Under the pieces are notes generated by a model. The model ran no database searches, was not told the origin of the DNA, and saw nothing but the letters and a program-made list of their open reading frames with translations. Shown one piece after another: positions 31,197-52,032 of a stretch of 64,000 nucleotides of DNA (the stretch's first letter is position 1; the number at the start of each line of letters is the position of its first letter). The stretch lies in assembly GCF_009914755.1 (NCBI RefSeq), contig NC_060928.1; one strand, written 5' to 3'. The stretch comes from the human T2T-CHM13v2.0 reference genome, Homo sapiens. The translations under genes and the position numbers were made by a program.

Positions 31197-31769
31197 TGGA
31201 AGGCTCAATTTTAAAATTATTTTAGATGTCCTCATGCTTCTTCGTGGCTATTAGTGTGGAAATTGGAATTGACGGACCAGTAATCATAACTCCCATTTTT
31301 ATTTCTAAAGCTCTTTACAATTTATGAAATATTAGAAGTGAAGAGTTATTATTCATGATTTACAGTTGAGAATTTTTTGCTGGAGGCAATTTAAACGACT
31401 TACTTAAAGCCCTACAGCTAATAAGCTACAAACAAAATTTAAGTCTTGGTTTTTTGGTTGTGAAACTAGCAGTTTTTCCTCTGCACGGTATGTGGAGCAT
31501 CTATAGAGCTCCACTGAAAAAAAATAATATGAAATCACAGCTAGAGGCAAGTCAGCCATTGAAGGTAATGAAATTCAAGTTTAAGGACTTCTCACTTGCA
31601 TGAAGGAGTTCCAGGGTGAAATGGTCACAAAATTGCAAAAGTAAGATGCTTTTAAATATTCTTTCTTCATGAGTTTCTTTATGCTCTATAAAACTTTTAT
31701 GTCCCATGATCATAGCCCACCTCTACTTTCAATAGAGGGGAATTTCTTCTTTAGCATGTAAAATGCTCA

Positions 31770-32335
<566 letters not shown>

Positions 32336-32504
32336 TAATTTTGAGCATTGTAAGAGTTTTGTGTTGCCGCACAGACTAAGTCCTGTGTAACAGTATCTAA
32401 ATTTCATATGCCTAGAAATGGGCATCATTGTTTAATCTATAATTTAACCTAATATTGAAATCTAAATTTTTTCACTGAAACTCATATTCCTAAATGTTCT
32501 AGAT

Positions 32505-32812
32505 CAACACTGTCTGATATAAATGTACTGTGAGCTAATGTAATTTCATATTTTTATTGACCATTAAAATTTTTTAAGAAAACAGGTAAAATTTATTTTA
32601 ATAATATATTTTATCTTACCCAGTATATCAAAAATGTTATTTCAACATGTAATCAATATAAAAATTAACAACGAGATAGTTTACATTCTTTTTCCAGTTG
32701 TTGAAATCTGATATACATTTTATATTTACAGCACAGCTAGGTTGGGATTACTTATATTCCAAGTCCTCAATAGCTACATGTGGTTTGTAGCCTCCATATT
32801 GGACATCACGTT
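32505..32812. mobile_element. MER33 hAT-Charlie MITE
   Basis: TATTTTAATAATATATTTTATCTTACCCAGTATATC core and TIR remnants. Confidence 0.7.
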
Positions 32813-33374
32813 TCTTGATTGTTTCAAGGAAAAGAAAGAGTTTTCAGTTGATAACACTATTCACCCAGTAGCCAAGTTAAACACTTAATGATGATGTAAA
32901 TATAACTAATGGAACTAATAGAAGAAAATAATGTTGAAAGGAGTAAAGACATTTTGTGTTTTTATCATGTTTAAGATAGCAATTTTTGTTCAGTTTAATC
33001 ACCAGGAATCCGTGCCACAGATAATTAACTGAATTCAGGCTTCAATTATTTTAGTCTTTAACATCTACAAAACACTAAAATTACATATTTTTGTAAAATT
33101 AACATTCAGAAACATTAAAAAGCCAAAAAAAATTTAAAATAAAAGCCCTCCTATATCTTGAGATCTGTAATTTACCAAGTAGTTGTGTATGTTTAGTTGG
33201 TTGGTTGATTTTGTTTTATTTCTTTTGTTGTTAACTTCTAGATAAGCTCTAACATAATCCTCACTATCCTGAATCCTATGAAAACATGGTTTTCATGACC
33301 ATGTTTTGATACCTTTTCTGATCAACACTTGATTGTATGTTTTGAAAATATTAAAAATTGTGTTTATTTTTTAG

Positions 33375-33467
<93 letters not shown>

Positions 33468-33800
33468 TAAGAAACCAATGAATGTTTTAAGCAGTGGTTG
33501 CATGCCCATGTAATCACACCATCTACTCAGTAGAAGTTTTTTTTGTTGTTTTTTTTTTTTTTTAAATGGAGTCTAGCTTTGTTGCCCAGGATGGAGTGCA
33601 GTGGCACGATCTCAGCTTGCTGCAACCTCCGCCTCCCAGGTTCAAGTGAACCTGGCCTCAGTAAAAGTTTTTGTCTAACAGTTATATGACAGGAAAAGGA
33701 ATATATTCATCTCCATTAACATGAAAGTTCATAGAACCTTTTCCCTGGTAATAACTTTTTATGCAAATTCTGAAACTATCAGGAGAAAACACTGAAATCA

Positions 33801-34254
<454 letters not shown>

Positions 34255-34787
34255 TAAGTACAGAAGTAGATTTAAAAAAACCTGTCAAGTTTTGTTGCCT
34301 AAAAGATTAAAAAAATACTGCCTTAAAATTATAATCAGATGGAATCTTTTGCTTCTTCCATTTGCAAAGGGATTTGTTTTTTTAGCCATAAGTAGTTATG
34401 AAATATGTAGAGATATAGCATGAATTAGAGTTTCTATCTATAAACACCCATATACTCACAGAGAAGCCTTACGGCAGGATTATAAATCAGACCGTGTGAA
34501 AGAATTAGAGTCCACACGAAACAATTCTTTTAAATTATAAACAAGTCTTAGTGTTTGTATAGGCAGATAAGATAAACCTGTATCTACTTTAGTTTTCCAT
34601 CTCTAATAAATTGTTGGAAAATAGTGACTTTCCACATAACTTTGTAAAGGGTGAAGGCTTTATCCATTTTCAGGAAATCATTCTACATTATACTAAGCAT
34701 AATTGAAGCATTTTTAATGATTCAGTGTAATCACTACCTATATTAGTTATTCTACTGATGGTCTCAGTGGTTATTAAGATGTATAAA

Positions 34788-35106
<319 letters not shown>

Positions 35107-35697
35107 CTAAACTGACTTATGCTGCTGTGCTTTTAAAATTCATGTTTCTTTCTGTAGTTTATTGACCATTTTTGAAAATTAGGTTTTACTTCTCTTGGTC
35201 TCTAACAGCCTTTCCTACCTCCTGCCCTGCCCCACCCACCTAATGCTATCATTTTGGCATTTTCCATTAACTCTCTTAATTGTGGCTTCTGGTTTCTGTA
35301 TTCCTGGAAACAGATCAAAGAAGCTATAATTATATGTGAAGTGAAAGAAGGCACTCAGTAAAAATTGTCTTGGAGTAAATTGCGTGAGCTTTATTGTGTG
35401 ATCTCTGTGACATCTATTTCTGTTACATAATGGTCTCATTTCTTCTGTATTGTTTTGCTGTATTCATAATAGTGGAATTTGACTGACAGAGGATCTCCAG
35501 ATAAGGAAAATGCTGTTAAATACACAATCTTTAATTAGCAGATGATTTTGTCAATAATTTGAAAGCTTCCCTCTTCCATACTCCCCAAATCTCTGAATAT
35601 ACTTTAGAAAATGAAGATCCTAAAACATATTTCAACATTTTGAAAAATAAAATAATTGAAGTAATTCCCAACTGTCTTAAATATAAATCAAAGTATG

Positions 35698-35970
35698 GGT
35701 TATTTAATACCCAAGAATGAAAAATAACATCAGAGAAGAAAAGGTAAATATTTTTATTAAGAGTTTAAGAAATTGTAAAGCTTTTTATAATACACATTTG
35801 GTTATTTAATACCAAGATGAAAAATATATGTAATACCAAGATGAAAAATATTTAATACCAAGATGAAAAATATATTTAATACCAAGATGAAAAATAACAT
35901 CAGAAAAGAAAAGGTAAATATTTTTATTAAGGATTTAAGAAATTGTAAAGTTTTTTATAATATACATTTT
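35698..35970. repeat. About 100-bp tandem duplication with four internal TAATACCAAGATGAAAAATA copies
   Basis: Copies start at 35698 and 35800; inner units at 35807, 35831, 35853, 35877. Confidence 0.9.
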
Positions 35971-36081
35971 GGAATAATAGCAAGAATCATGTTAAATAGA
36001 CCATTTCCTGTTTATAACTATGTTGTTACCTTAATCAAATTACTCTCGTTATTTTCCATCAAGATATAAAATGAAAATAAT

Positions 36082-36872
<791 letters not shown>

Positions 36873-37278
36873 ACTTTGTTTCTTATCAATACCTTCTTGT
36901 CCTCTCTGTCAATCTAAAATAATCTTTCAAAAGTTGATCATACAAATTATGTCTCGATTCCAGATGTGATTCATTTGTAAAGGTGCGTGGCGAGTTTGTT
37001 TTATCAAAAGGCAGGGTTCTTTATAGGACTGAAGAAAATCTGCTAACTTAAGTATGATTATATTTAATGTAGTATATGAAAATGGTATTAAAAGTAAAAT
37101 TTTAAATTTTACCGTCCCCTCAACCACAGCAAAAAAATTGAAGTTAACATTACCCATGCAGTGAATAATGAGTTGTATTTCTCACTTTAGAGAGTTTATT
37201 ATCTGTTCAAAATAGATTGAATAATCTTGTTATAGACAAAAATCACAAATAGTAATTTTACTTTAAAAAACTGTATAG

Positions 37279-37431
<153 letters not shown>

Positions 37432-39929
37432 TAAGATAACTTTTTAATTTTTTAAAGCTTCACTTAGAAACATGAATATTTGTAGGTTTGGTGCTAACAA
37501 TTCTTTACTACTTTCATTTTAAAGATTCCTCAATGAGTTATTTTCATAGAAAAGGATTATTTTTATTATTGTTACCCAATTAGAATGAAATTGTTATAAC
37601 TGTGAATTATAAATAGCTTCTTAAAAAGTTGCTTTCAGTGGAACAGACTAAGAAGTGCAGAGATGAGACAAAATATATATGGGAAAATCCAGAGATGGGC
37701 TTGACCATAGGCATGGCTGGATCTAGGAGTTATAATGGTGCAATCAAGACTTTTTCTCCATCTCTCAGCTCCTCTTTTCTCTATATTGACTTTATTCTAA
37801 ATCAGATTCTCACCCACGACTACTGGTAGCTATCAGTATGTATCATTCTTCACAGCAAGTCATGCCAGAGAAAAGAGCATGTGCCTTGACATCACCAGAG
37901 CCCATTCAGTTCCTCAGCAGGTCTCTGAGTGGAGTAGGCAGGGCCATGGATTGGTACTCCCACCAAGTGAAAGGAAGAGCAAAGGGCAGGGCAGTTCCCA
38001 AATGGAAAAAAATCTTGGGCAGACAGAATAAATGACAGATATCTGCTAAAAGAGAAACCAGTTTCCAATATGGAAAAGAAAAACTTGTCAGCATTTCCAA
38101 CTAAAACTTTGCCATTTTGACCTTGGACAAATTGCTTAACCCCTCTCCAAGCCTCAATTTCTTCATCTGTATGACATGGGTATAACATGCTTCATGGCTT
38201 CATGTACCCCTCATGTGGGGAGGAAGAGATCATATACACGCTATGAGACCAGACTATAAGTTTTCAAGTTATTTACTAAGGAATAACTGAACCCAGAGAA
38301 AGCAAGGCAGTCATGTAGCGCAGGATCAGATACAACCTAGTGAGTGCAGTGCCTTTGACCCTCCAAAGTGACCGTTGAGGCAAGTAGCTGCAGAAGATAC
38401 TGTCTACCAATGTAAAGTCTTCCTGAGTCTAAGAACCTTCATTTCTTGCTCTGTCCTCTTACACTTTGGGTTTACATCACTTTTCAGAAAGATTTTATAT
38501 ACTCTCTGTGCTTCCATTCAAGGGAAAGTTTAATAAACTTCAAGTACTGGTTCTTGAGCCAAATTCAGCAACAGTAAGGCCATGTTCTCACTCAGAGCAA
38601 AGTGCATAATTAATCCCCTGGTGTTTCTAACTGGTCTATCTCTGCCTCCAGCTCTCTGTCTTCCCACAGTGTCTGTTTCTCTACATCATCTCAGGATTGT
38701 TGTGATGTTTAAATATATGTCATGGCCAGGCATAAAATTAAGACCCAAGTAAATGGTAGATGTTATCGTAATTGTCATTAAAATAAAATTAAGGTTGCTT
38801 TACTGTTGATGTTTATATTTAATGTCTAAAGGACTTTTGTATATACAAAAGCATACCCACTGTTTGTTCTTTATTCAAAGGTCAATCTGTTACACTAGCT
38901 AGTTATTAAACAAAACTTGGAATATCAATTTTTCTTAAGTATTTTTATTTAAGAAGGTCCTGTTGTACATGACCACCTTGCTTCCTCTGGGTTGTTATTC
39001 CTTAGTAAATAAATGCTTTTAAGCAATTTAGGTTTTATAAAATTTATCTGAAGTGAGTCTTTTGAGCACTTCAAACACCTGAAATAGTACCCAAAACCTA
39101 TCCAAATGTAATTATCACAAAACTTACTGTGGTGCCACTTAACTAAAAATATATTAATTCAATGAGCTGAATTCATTTATTTTTGCTATGTATGCATTTA
39201 TACTCTTTTAGAATTATAGCGGTATTTACTCTGCTCCTGCCTAGGCCTAACAGAAGTAGTCATTTAATTATGTAACTGGGATATAGCCATTTCCTTCCAG
39301 AGAAAACCCTATACATAACATCTGCTTCATCAACCAGTTCATTCTTGGATGGATCACAGAACATGGTTGCTTCTCCCAAGGCAATTTGGACCTGAGTACT
39401 AGGTATCCTACTCAGTGTCTTTTTAAATTGACCTTGAGTTGTCGTATTAGTAAAATTCTTTTAAGCCCATGCCTTATACATAGGTTGCAATTTTTTGTAA
39501 CCTGTACATTTCCCTAGCATGATATATTCTTTAAATTTTGCTTGGCCAGAGATACATGTAATTGTTATATGTTGTCCTGATCCAATGGCATTATTGGAAA
39601 TTTACATATGCTTTAGTATCATATTGTAATTTGCAAGGGTTTCTACGGGCCTTATATCCTAAGAGAATAGGGATGGAGTCTGTTCAGTTAGCTCTTCTTT
39701 TGAGAACATTTGATTACTTGATCTTCTTAGAACACATTATTTAACACTTTCTTTCTAGTTGGTTGTTGAGTAACTGTCAGTGCTGATAAACTATTGAATG
39801 GACTAATGTTATATTTATCTTATTATATATGATCACTGTTGCTGATCAGATCTTGTTCTTGTTATACAGTTTTCTCTGATACTATTTTTAGCTCATGCAA
39901 AATTATTTTTATTCATATTTTCTTTGAAG

Positions 39930-41106
<1,177 letters not shown>

Positions 41107-41385
41107 TAAAATTAATTTTTTAACTAAGCATTTTATTATATGCTTCTATTATTACAACTAATTTTTCCACATACTTTAAATTATTTTTTCTCTTCCAAGT
41201 AACATCATGATTTTACGACCTTTCACAAACTCAACTTGTATCAAATAAGTATGTAATTTTTAATCCTCAAATTCTCCTAATTTAGCCAGAGGAAACCTCT
41301 TTAAACTTACTCTTTTGTCCTTTTATCACTGCCCTCAACATTCTTGGAAGCAGTGCTGCTTTCTGAAAACCATACCATGGTCTGT

Positions 41386-41567
41386 CAGCGGTGCTGAAAG
41401 TTTAGCTGCATCAGAATCCCCTGGAGGGCTTATGAAAACACAGGTAGCTGGGTGCCACTTTCAGAGTTGCTCGGTCAGTATGTCTGGGCTGGGATCTGAG
41501 AACTGGCATTTCTCACAAGTTCCCAGATGATGCTGCTGGTTCTGATTTCAAATTTTGAGAACCACTG
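41386..41567. mobile_element. MER5A hAT-Charlie MITE
   Basis: CAGCGGTGCTGAAAG...TTTGAGAACCACTG inverted termini. Confidence 0.75.
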
Positions 41568-42184
41568 TTCTTGACTCATTGTGATTTCTTTTCTCAATAT
41601 ATGGAAAGAGGTACTCTCCAAGAAGTTCTGCTTCCCCTTAGTAGGGAATTGTATAACACTTCAACCTCATGAATCGTAGAATGCATGTCAGAACTGGTGG
41701 TGGGCAAAAGTGTTTTCTACCTGCTTTTGAGCTACTCTTAATGGTGACGGAGCTGGAAAAGATATATCATTTTTAAAGTCACGAATTCCCAATGATTTTT
41801 ACCATTTAATATGTTATTGGGTGCCACTTTTTTAAAGTATGAGGTTTCACCATCCATTAATATTTTTGTAATCACATTTAGAGCTAAAACTATCATTAAT
41901 AGACAAATTAATAAATATCTCATCATAGGTCATCTCATGAATTTTGAGGTTCCATCATAACTGAAGTCTACATTCATTATACTTTTGTATTTTGAGTCTA
42001 ACTGACCCTAAGATCATTCTGTAGCATCTCCAAAATATCTTTAGCATTTAGTCTTTGTCCTAAAGCATTAAGTTGTATTTTGTACTTTGGCTTCTAAGTA
42101 GATGTTAAAATTATCCAAGGAGTACTTTTTTAAAGGACTGTTTAGAGGTTATGATCGTGAATTGTTTAGTAATTTATATCTTAA

Positions 42185-42313
<129 letters not shown>

Positions 42314-42734
42314 TGATAGCTGGAAACACTGCTAAATATTTGAGATGCTCTACCTCAATGTAAATTCTGCCGCCTCAGGTTTCCCTGATCTTGCAATGGA
42401 AATTTTGCAGTACAAACCCCCTCCCCATGTCCCTCCGCAAGTCTTACATTTAGCTAAACATGAAGATCCCTGTTCACTGCTTACTAAGAACTTGCCAGGG
42501 TACATAGAATAGATTGAGTTAAAGTCAGGCTGTGCCTTTCGCATCAGGACATTAACAGCATGGCTTCCATTTGTCCTTTCCCACCCAGACTGTACCTCTG
42601 GACGAGGAATAGCTCATACACATATGAACACATTTTGATAATATGTGCTATTTTTGTTATTAATTTTAGTTAATTTAGTTGCATTATAATATGTGGTAAT
42701 TTTAGTCCACATGGTAGATTAAAACATTTACTGC

Positions 42735-43052
<318 letters not shown>

Positions 43053-43849
43053 CATTTACTGCTTGGATAGAAGCAAGATTTCTAATTCTGACCCCTCACC
43101 TTCTCCAAATCCTAGTTAAATCTAGATGTGGACTATGAGTTCCATTTGCCTCAGGATATGCAGCCAGAGGGTGTTTTTATGTCCCTCCTTGTTTGACCTT
43201 CTTGTTTTGGCTCTTTGATTCCCCCAACCTCTGGTCACTTGGCATCTGCCCTCTGAATAGCCAAGAAGAAACATCTATTCTTGTCAATTATTGTAACATC
43301 ATTGTGATGAATGGTAGAACCTAGTGGGCTTAATTGCATCCAGGTGGCCAGGAAAAGTATAACTTACTGCTAATAAAGGAATTACACTCTGGAGATCATG
43401 GCACCCACAGATACTTGAGAAAGTGCCCTTCCATTCAAGACGATCATTTCAAATTAGTTTTACATATATGTATCTCTTTAATGTTAACATTAATTTTGGG
43501 TGCTATAGCTAAACATTAATGTCATTGAACTATTTGAAAAGTTAAACTAAATTTTTTTAAGTTACAAATATCAACTTTAAATTAGTTTGTCTATTAACTG
43601 TTATTATTGGTGTTAAGACTAACTTGATTTCTGAGCACTGGAAGCAAAAGGGCTTTGAGGTATATAAGGAGGAGGAGGAAGAAGAGATTTTCTTCTCCCT
43701 TTCTTGGGTATAGAAAGATGTCTTTGGCATCTTCCTACTTGTCATTGTATAGTCTTTTCCCCTTCCTAATGCCTGTTTCTTTGGACACCCAGTTCCATTT
43801 AACACCCAAGTCCCTTAATCTATGATCAGCAAAATCTCTGTAGCCCCAG

Positions 43850-44535
43850 TCTCTTCTCTGAATATTTCCTTCACTTTTGTGTTCTGGTCTCCTGATATGA
43901 AATACTGTCTATATCCTGAAAACTCCCAAATTTATATCTTTTCCACACTGTAGACTCATACCTCCAACGCTTACTCAACATCTTCAGTGAGGTGTCTAGT
44001 ATACACTTCAAATTTAGTATCTCCAAAACCTTCTTGACTCACAGCTTTGCCTTCCACCATTGTTGGCATTCCATTCTTCCAAATTGTTAGGCCAATGTTT
44101 AGGGCCATCCTTGACTCTTTTCTTTCTCATACTCTCCATAACTAATTTGTCAGAAAATCTTACAGACTCAACCTCCAAATATCTCCAGAATCCAGCCGGT
44201 CTCACCATCTCTACTGCTGCCACCATGGTGTGGTCTCAGACATTTTCTACCTTAATTTCTGCAGTCTCCTCTTTACTGGCCTCTCCATTTCAACTCTTGC
44301 CCCACTCTAGAATCTTCTCAACCCAGAGGCCAGAATGAGCCCTCTGCTCAGAACTCTTCAATGGTTTCTGTCTCACCCAGGATAAAAGCAAAAGGCCTTA
44401 AAATGGCCAGAACAAATTTTCCATAATCTGGCCTTCGCAACCTCTCTGACCTCATCTCATGTTCTTCCCTCCTCATTTGTCTGCTCCAACCACATTGTCC
44501 TTGCTGAGCCTCTAACACACTAGGCAAACTCCTGC
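43850..44535 (+). mobile_element. L2 fragment
   Basis: Pyrimidine-rich L2 3' sequence (CTCACCATCTCTACTGCTGCCACCATGG, GGATAAAAGCAAAAGGCCTT). Confidence 0.6.
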
Positions 44536-44794
44536 CTTGGGGTCTACTCACTTAAAGCATTCATTTAATACCTGCTTTCTGCATAGGTACTGTATTAGAT
44601 TCTATGAGGGTACGAAGAATAAAATGAATGTGGTCTCTGCTCTCAGTAACAGCTAAAATAGCTGACACTGTGATAGCATTTCATATGTACCTTGCACTTT
44701 GGTCAGTGCTTTAATTCAATTGATCCTCAACCCTATGAGAGGTCCTACTATTATTCCCAATTTATGGATGAAGTGAGTAAGGAATAGAAAGGTT

Positions 44795-45789
<995 letters not shown>

Positions 45790-45923
45790 TCTTTTAGTTA
45801 TACCTGAACAGTTAAACAGTGAATGTTAAATCTGCTTATGTCAAAGGTATACCACACCATGAAGCTGAATATAAGTAAAGTTAACTTCACTGCTCTGGAA
45901 TTTACTTCTCTTAAGACATTAAC

Positions 45924-46830
<907 letters not shown>

Positions 46831-47124
46831 TTATCTTTGCAGGTTTGGTTATATGATAAACGAAGAAATCTTGTCAAGGAGCAGAATATCTTTTTACATT
46901 AGGGCTTATATCCAGATAAAAATTTGGAAAACAGTAATGCCTTTATATGCCATTATTTTATACCTTGGTAATAAACTGTTTTAAATAAGGTTGCGTAGAC
47001 ATTAACTGCTTTGATGAAATTCTAAATTCTTGTCTGTTTAATTTCTTGCTATATTCAGATTGGCATCACAGATTTTTTTCTTTGAGAAATCCACATGTCT
47101 GTATAAAAATAATCTCTTTTTCAG

Positions 47125-47240
47125 GAAAACATACTAAGAGAATCACTTGTGGATGTTGGAATGCAGAAAATCTGCTTGCTTTAGGTGGTGAAGATAAAAT
47201 GATTACAGTTAGTAATCAGGAAGGTGACACGATAAGACAG
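47125..47240 (+). CDS. WDR19: WDR19 exon 6 (116 nt)
   Basis: ttttcag|GA AAA...AGACAG|gtaata; [38 protein letters not shown]. Confidence 0.96.
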
Positions 47241-47906
47241 GTAATACAGTAACGTCTCTTTGGTCTGATATATTCAAGCTTTCCCCCCAAATAAATAGTT
47301 TGTCTGTCAAACTAATCTATACAATTTTTAAAAATCTATATGTGAGGTATATATGTGTGTGTGTGTATACACAATAACTTCAAAAACCTTTCTATTTATT
47401 GTCAGAACATTTTTCTTTGATATGAATATGTTATCCAAATATCCTCCTTTGTATATTTCCCTTCCGTATTAACATGGATTATCAGCTCTGTGGTTCTAGT
47501 CAGACAGTGTATTTGTGAAATAACTCTTATTTTATATATGTGTATTTATAATACAAATGTTAATAACTGGTAGATCTTGAACTCAGAGTCAAATCTGCCT
47601 AATTCTAAAGCTCATACCTTTAACTGATAAATTGCTTCTAAACTAATCCTAATGGAATTTAATTTTAAGATTAAATGTTTCTACTATTCACATTTCTCAA
47701 GATTGATTAGCTCTTTCAGAGGCTCCCTCCTTATGGGAATTTGTATCGCCAGTAGCTACATAATGTGACCAATGGGAAAATTTCACTTTGGACTACTGCT
47801 TATGATTTAGTATTGCTAGAGCAATATTGACTAACACATTCTTTGAATACCTGCTAGGCACATGGCACTGTGCTATATACTATAGAAAGAATATGAAATA
47901 TGGCTC

Positions 47907-48465
47907 TGTATTAGCCAATCTATTGCTGCATAACAAATTAACCATTAATCAAAATGTAGAAGCTTAAAACAACACTTACTATTTCATGGTTTTGTGGATG
48001 AGGAATTTAGATGCAGCTTATCTGGGTGTCTCTGCCTTAAAGTCTCTACAAGCCTGCAATCGTGTTGTCAGACAGGGCTGCAGTTTCATGTGAAGGCTCA
48101 ATAGGGAGAAAAATCTGCCTCCAAGCTCACTTACATGGGTGTTGACAGGGTTCAGTTCCTTACAGATTGTTATATTCAGGGCTTCAGTTTCTCTCTAGCT
48201 ATTCACTGGAAGCCTTCCTCACTTCCTTGCCACATGGATCTCTCCATAGAGTGCCTCACAACACAGCAGCTGGTGAGAGAGTGAGAGCAGCCATTCAAGA
48301 CTGAAGCTGCATCTCTTTATAACCTAATCACAGAATCACTTTTGCCATATTTTGTTCTTTAGAAGTGAACTACAAGGTATAGCCCACAAAAAGTAGGGCA
48401 GGGATGGGGACCACACAGGCATAAAACCAGAAAGTGGGGATCATTGTGGGCCATCTTAGAGGCTG
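47907..48465 (-). mobile_element. MLT1 MaLR LTR
   Basis: TGTATTAG..CTATTGCTGCATAACAAATTA..GCTTAAAACAAC, typical MLT1 terminus. Confidence 0.65.
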
Positions 48466-50729
48466 CTGATCGTAGGGCCCCACTCTTAAGAAGACATTAG
48501 TAATATTATAAAACACACATGGCCTTATTGATTAATTGCCATATTTTGTGGTACAAATTACCTGTCCTATAACATTTGGGAGATAGAGGAGATCAATGAA
48601 AGTTTGATTGTGAGTCTCTCAAAGATAGAAGGCTATCTGAATCAGTCAGGGTATAGACTAAACTGTTGGGTCAGAGAGTCCTAAAACTTCAGGGGCCGGA
48701 AGAATATGATAGTATGGGTTGGGGTCGGGGGTTTCCTCTCTCTTTTTCTCATGTAACAGAGAGACAAAGTCACCTACGTACCTCTGCTTCACTAAATTGT
48801 ACCGAGTCTCAGGTTCCTTCCATCTTATTGCTCTGCCATTTTCTAGAGTATTGTACCCTCATCTGCATGATTGAAGCTAGTGTACCAGGATCACATCTGC
48901 ATTTCAGCTCCAGGGAAAGGACAAAGAGAAGAAATAGAGTGTAAGAAATTTGTAAAGGACTTGATCTGCAAGATGCATTTATTATTTCCCTTCATATCAT
49001 ATGACTAGAACCTAGTCATGTGGCCAAATCTACCTGCTCCCAGGAAAGCTGCAATTTTAGTCCAGCTAGATGACTATGTACCTTGCTAAAACTTATTTTA
49101 GTAGATAGTGCAAAACATTTACTCATTCAGTACAAGCAGAACAGCAAGGAAAAACTACAGCTTGTTCCTGAGTTGTTCAAGCCTGGACTAACTGAAGATA
49201 GAGGTTTTGATTGGGCATTTTTAGAAAATAGGGCTGAAGAAGAAAGTCGATTCCTGTATCTGTTTTAATCATTCTATTTTCAATGCCCTTTAGAAATAGA
49301 ATGGTAAATATGGTATAAATGCTACAACTCCCCTCTCTTGTGTCCATATCAGACATTACCAATAGATAGTGGATTTTTTTTCCCTCCACTGAATAAAAAT
49401 ATGGCCTTAGAATATTTTTTCCGTATAGCATTCCAGGAAGTCACTACAATTCAGCCATTATTTACATATAAGATAACTGTTTTTCATTTCTAATCCTTAA
49501 GAAGTCTGCTTCCAAAATTAGACATACTACTTAAGCTGTCATGTAGTAAGCAAAATATACATTATAAGTGTTGCTTTGTTTTGTGTTTTTTCTTAATTGT
49601 TTTAACTTTGGCATTCTGAAGATCACTATGGTGTTACTTGTATGGATTTATTTTTATTTATCCTGCTCAGGATTTGTCTTGCTTCCTGAATCTGAAGATT
49701 GTTATCCTTTGTCAATTCAGGAAAATTCATAGTCATTATCTCTTTGAATATTACTTCTTGCCCTTTCTATTCTGTTTTTCAGGAGCGTCTGTTAGATAGC
49801 TGTTGGACCTTCTTATGTCTCTTAATCTCTCCTCTTCATAGTTTTATCTTTTTATCACTCTGCAACCTTTTGGATGATTTCCTCATATTAGTTCACATAT
49901 TCTTTCTTCAAATTTGTCTAATCATCTGTGTATACATTGAGTTTTTTTATTTTAATGACGCCTCGTTTTTAGAAAGTACTTTGTAGTTCTTTTAAAAATC
50001 CACTTGAAATACATGAATAGACAGTTCACACAAAAATGTATAAAAAATGGCTCTCATACATATGAAAAAAATTTCAAAGTTACTCATAATTAAATAACTA
50101 CAAATTAAAGCCACACTGAAATACCATTTTTCACCTATCAGGGTGGCAAAATTATATAAAATATGACAACATATTCTGTTGGTGAAACTGTAGATAAAAT
50201 TAGTATGTCCCTTCTGGAGGAAAATTTGGAAATAGCTAACAAAACTACATCTGTATGTACTTTTTGACCTAACAATACCATTTCTAGGGTTCTACCCTTC
50301 AGATACACCTCCTATAATACAAAAGTACATATGCACTTAAAAAAAAAAACTGCCTGAACTTAAAAAATTCTTTTCTCATATTTATGAGTTCTTTTACAGC
50401 TTTAGTCATTTTTAAAATATTTATTTTATAATTTCTCTCTCTGATAATTCTATTATTTTTATATCTGCTAACTCCTTCTCTTGATGCATTGTTTCTTTAC
50501 GAGTTTTGTAATTTTGAATTATGAGCTCATCTTTAGCAAAGTTTATGTGTGGAAATTTTTTAAAACCTTGGTAGAGGTTCTGGGTTAGTTTTTTCCAAAA
50601 CTGCAGGGATAGTATGAGCCTGGATCCTTCCATATTTTATGTTAATTTCTCATCTTGGGAGCTACCAAATGACCTAACATACACATTTGAACCTCAGACT
50701 ATAATGAGAATAGGAAGGGAGGTCTTTAA

Positions 50730-50879
<150 letters not shown>

Positions 50880-51289
50880 TGAGATTACAGATATGAGCCA
50901 CCGCACCCATCCTTTAATTAAATTATTGAAATGAACTTTGTTTTGTCTGACTCAACACTCAGGCCAAAACAAATGGATTTCCTTATTGTCTCCCATAGCT
51001 AGCTGCTCTGGATAGCTGCAGCATCAGTTTCTGCACACACTCTGGTTTTAGTGTGATCTTTGCTGATGGTCCCTGTAAATTTCCCTTTTCTTCTTTCAAG
51101 CTTATTTATCTATTTAATAAGATATATTTTCTGTTTCATCTAGAATTTCTAGATATTTGTGACAGTAGGATTTTCAGGTTCTTAGTCCAACATTAGTCAG
51201 GAATGAAAACAAGTTATCCATTCTATTAATATTCAGAATGAATTTAAATATTGGGTTTGTTCATAGTGATGATGTTTTTACTCCTTTAG

Positions 51290-51370
51290 ACACAAGTGAG
51301 ATCAGAGCCTAGCAACATGCAGTTTTTCTTGATGAAGATGGATGACCGAACCTCTGCTGCTGAAAGCATG
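51290..51370 (+). CDS. WDR19: WDR19 exon 7 (81 nt)
   Basis: cctttag|ACA...ATG|gtaaga; [27 protein letters not shown]. Confidence 0.96.
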
Positions 51371-51723
51371 GTAAGAATTCTAATCAAATCCATGTGCAAA
51401 TCATTTGGGTAATTTTGTGGAATGTATAATTTACTTTTCTTGGATGACTAAAATAGTGATAAATAAATTAGGTCCATTGACTGTATTTTAAGCCAAGGTA
51501 GAGCTAGGTCTTTTAGTCCCTAAAAGTTGTTGTAATTGCTACTGACTACCTGGCATTACAGCAAATGAGGACAGCTTTCTGTTACAATTGGTATTGCTCT
51601 TTTCATTCTTGTGATAGCAAAAACATTAGGGGTACCTTGCAGAACAGAAGTATTAATTCATATATTATTTTTAAAATTTTTACTCTATGAGATGTGGTTA
51701 GCAGACCTCTTGAAGTTGTAGGC

Positions 51724-52032
<309 letters not shown>

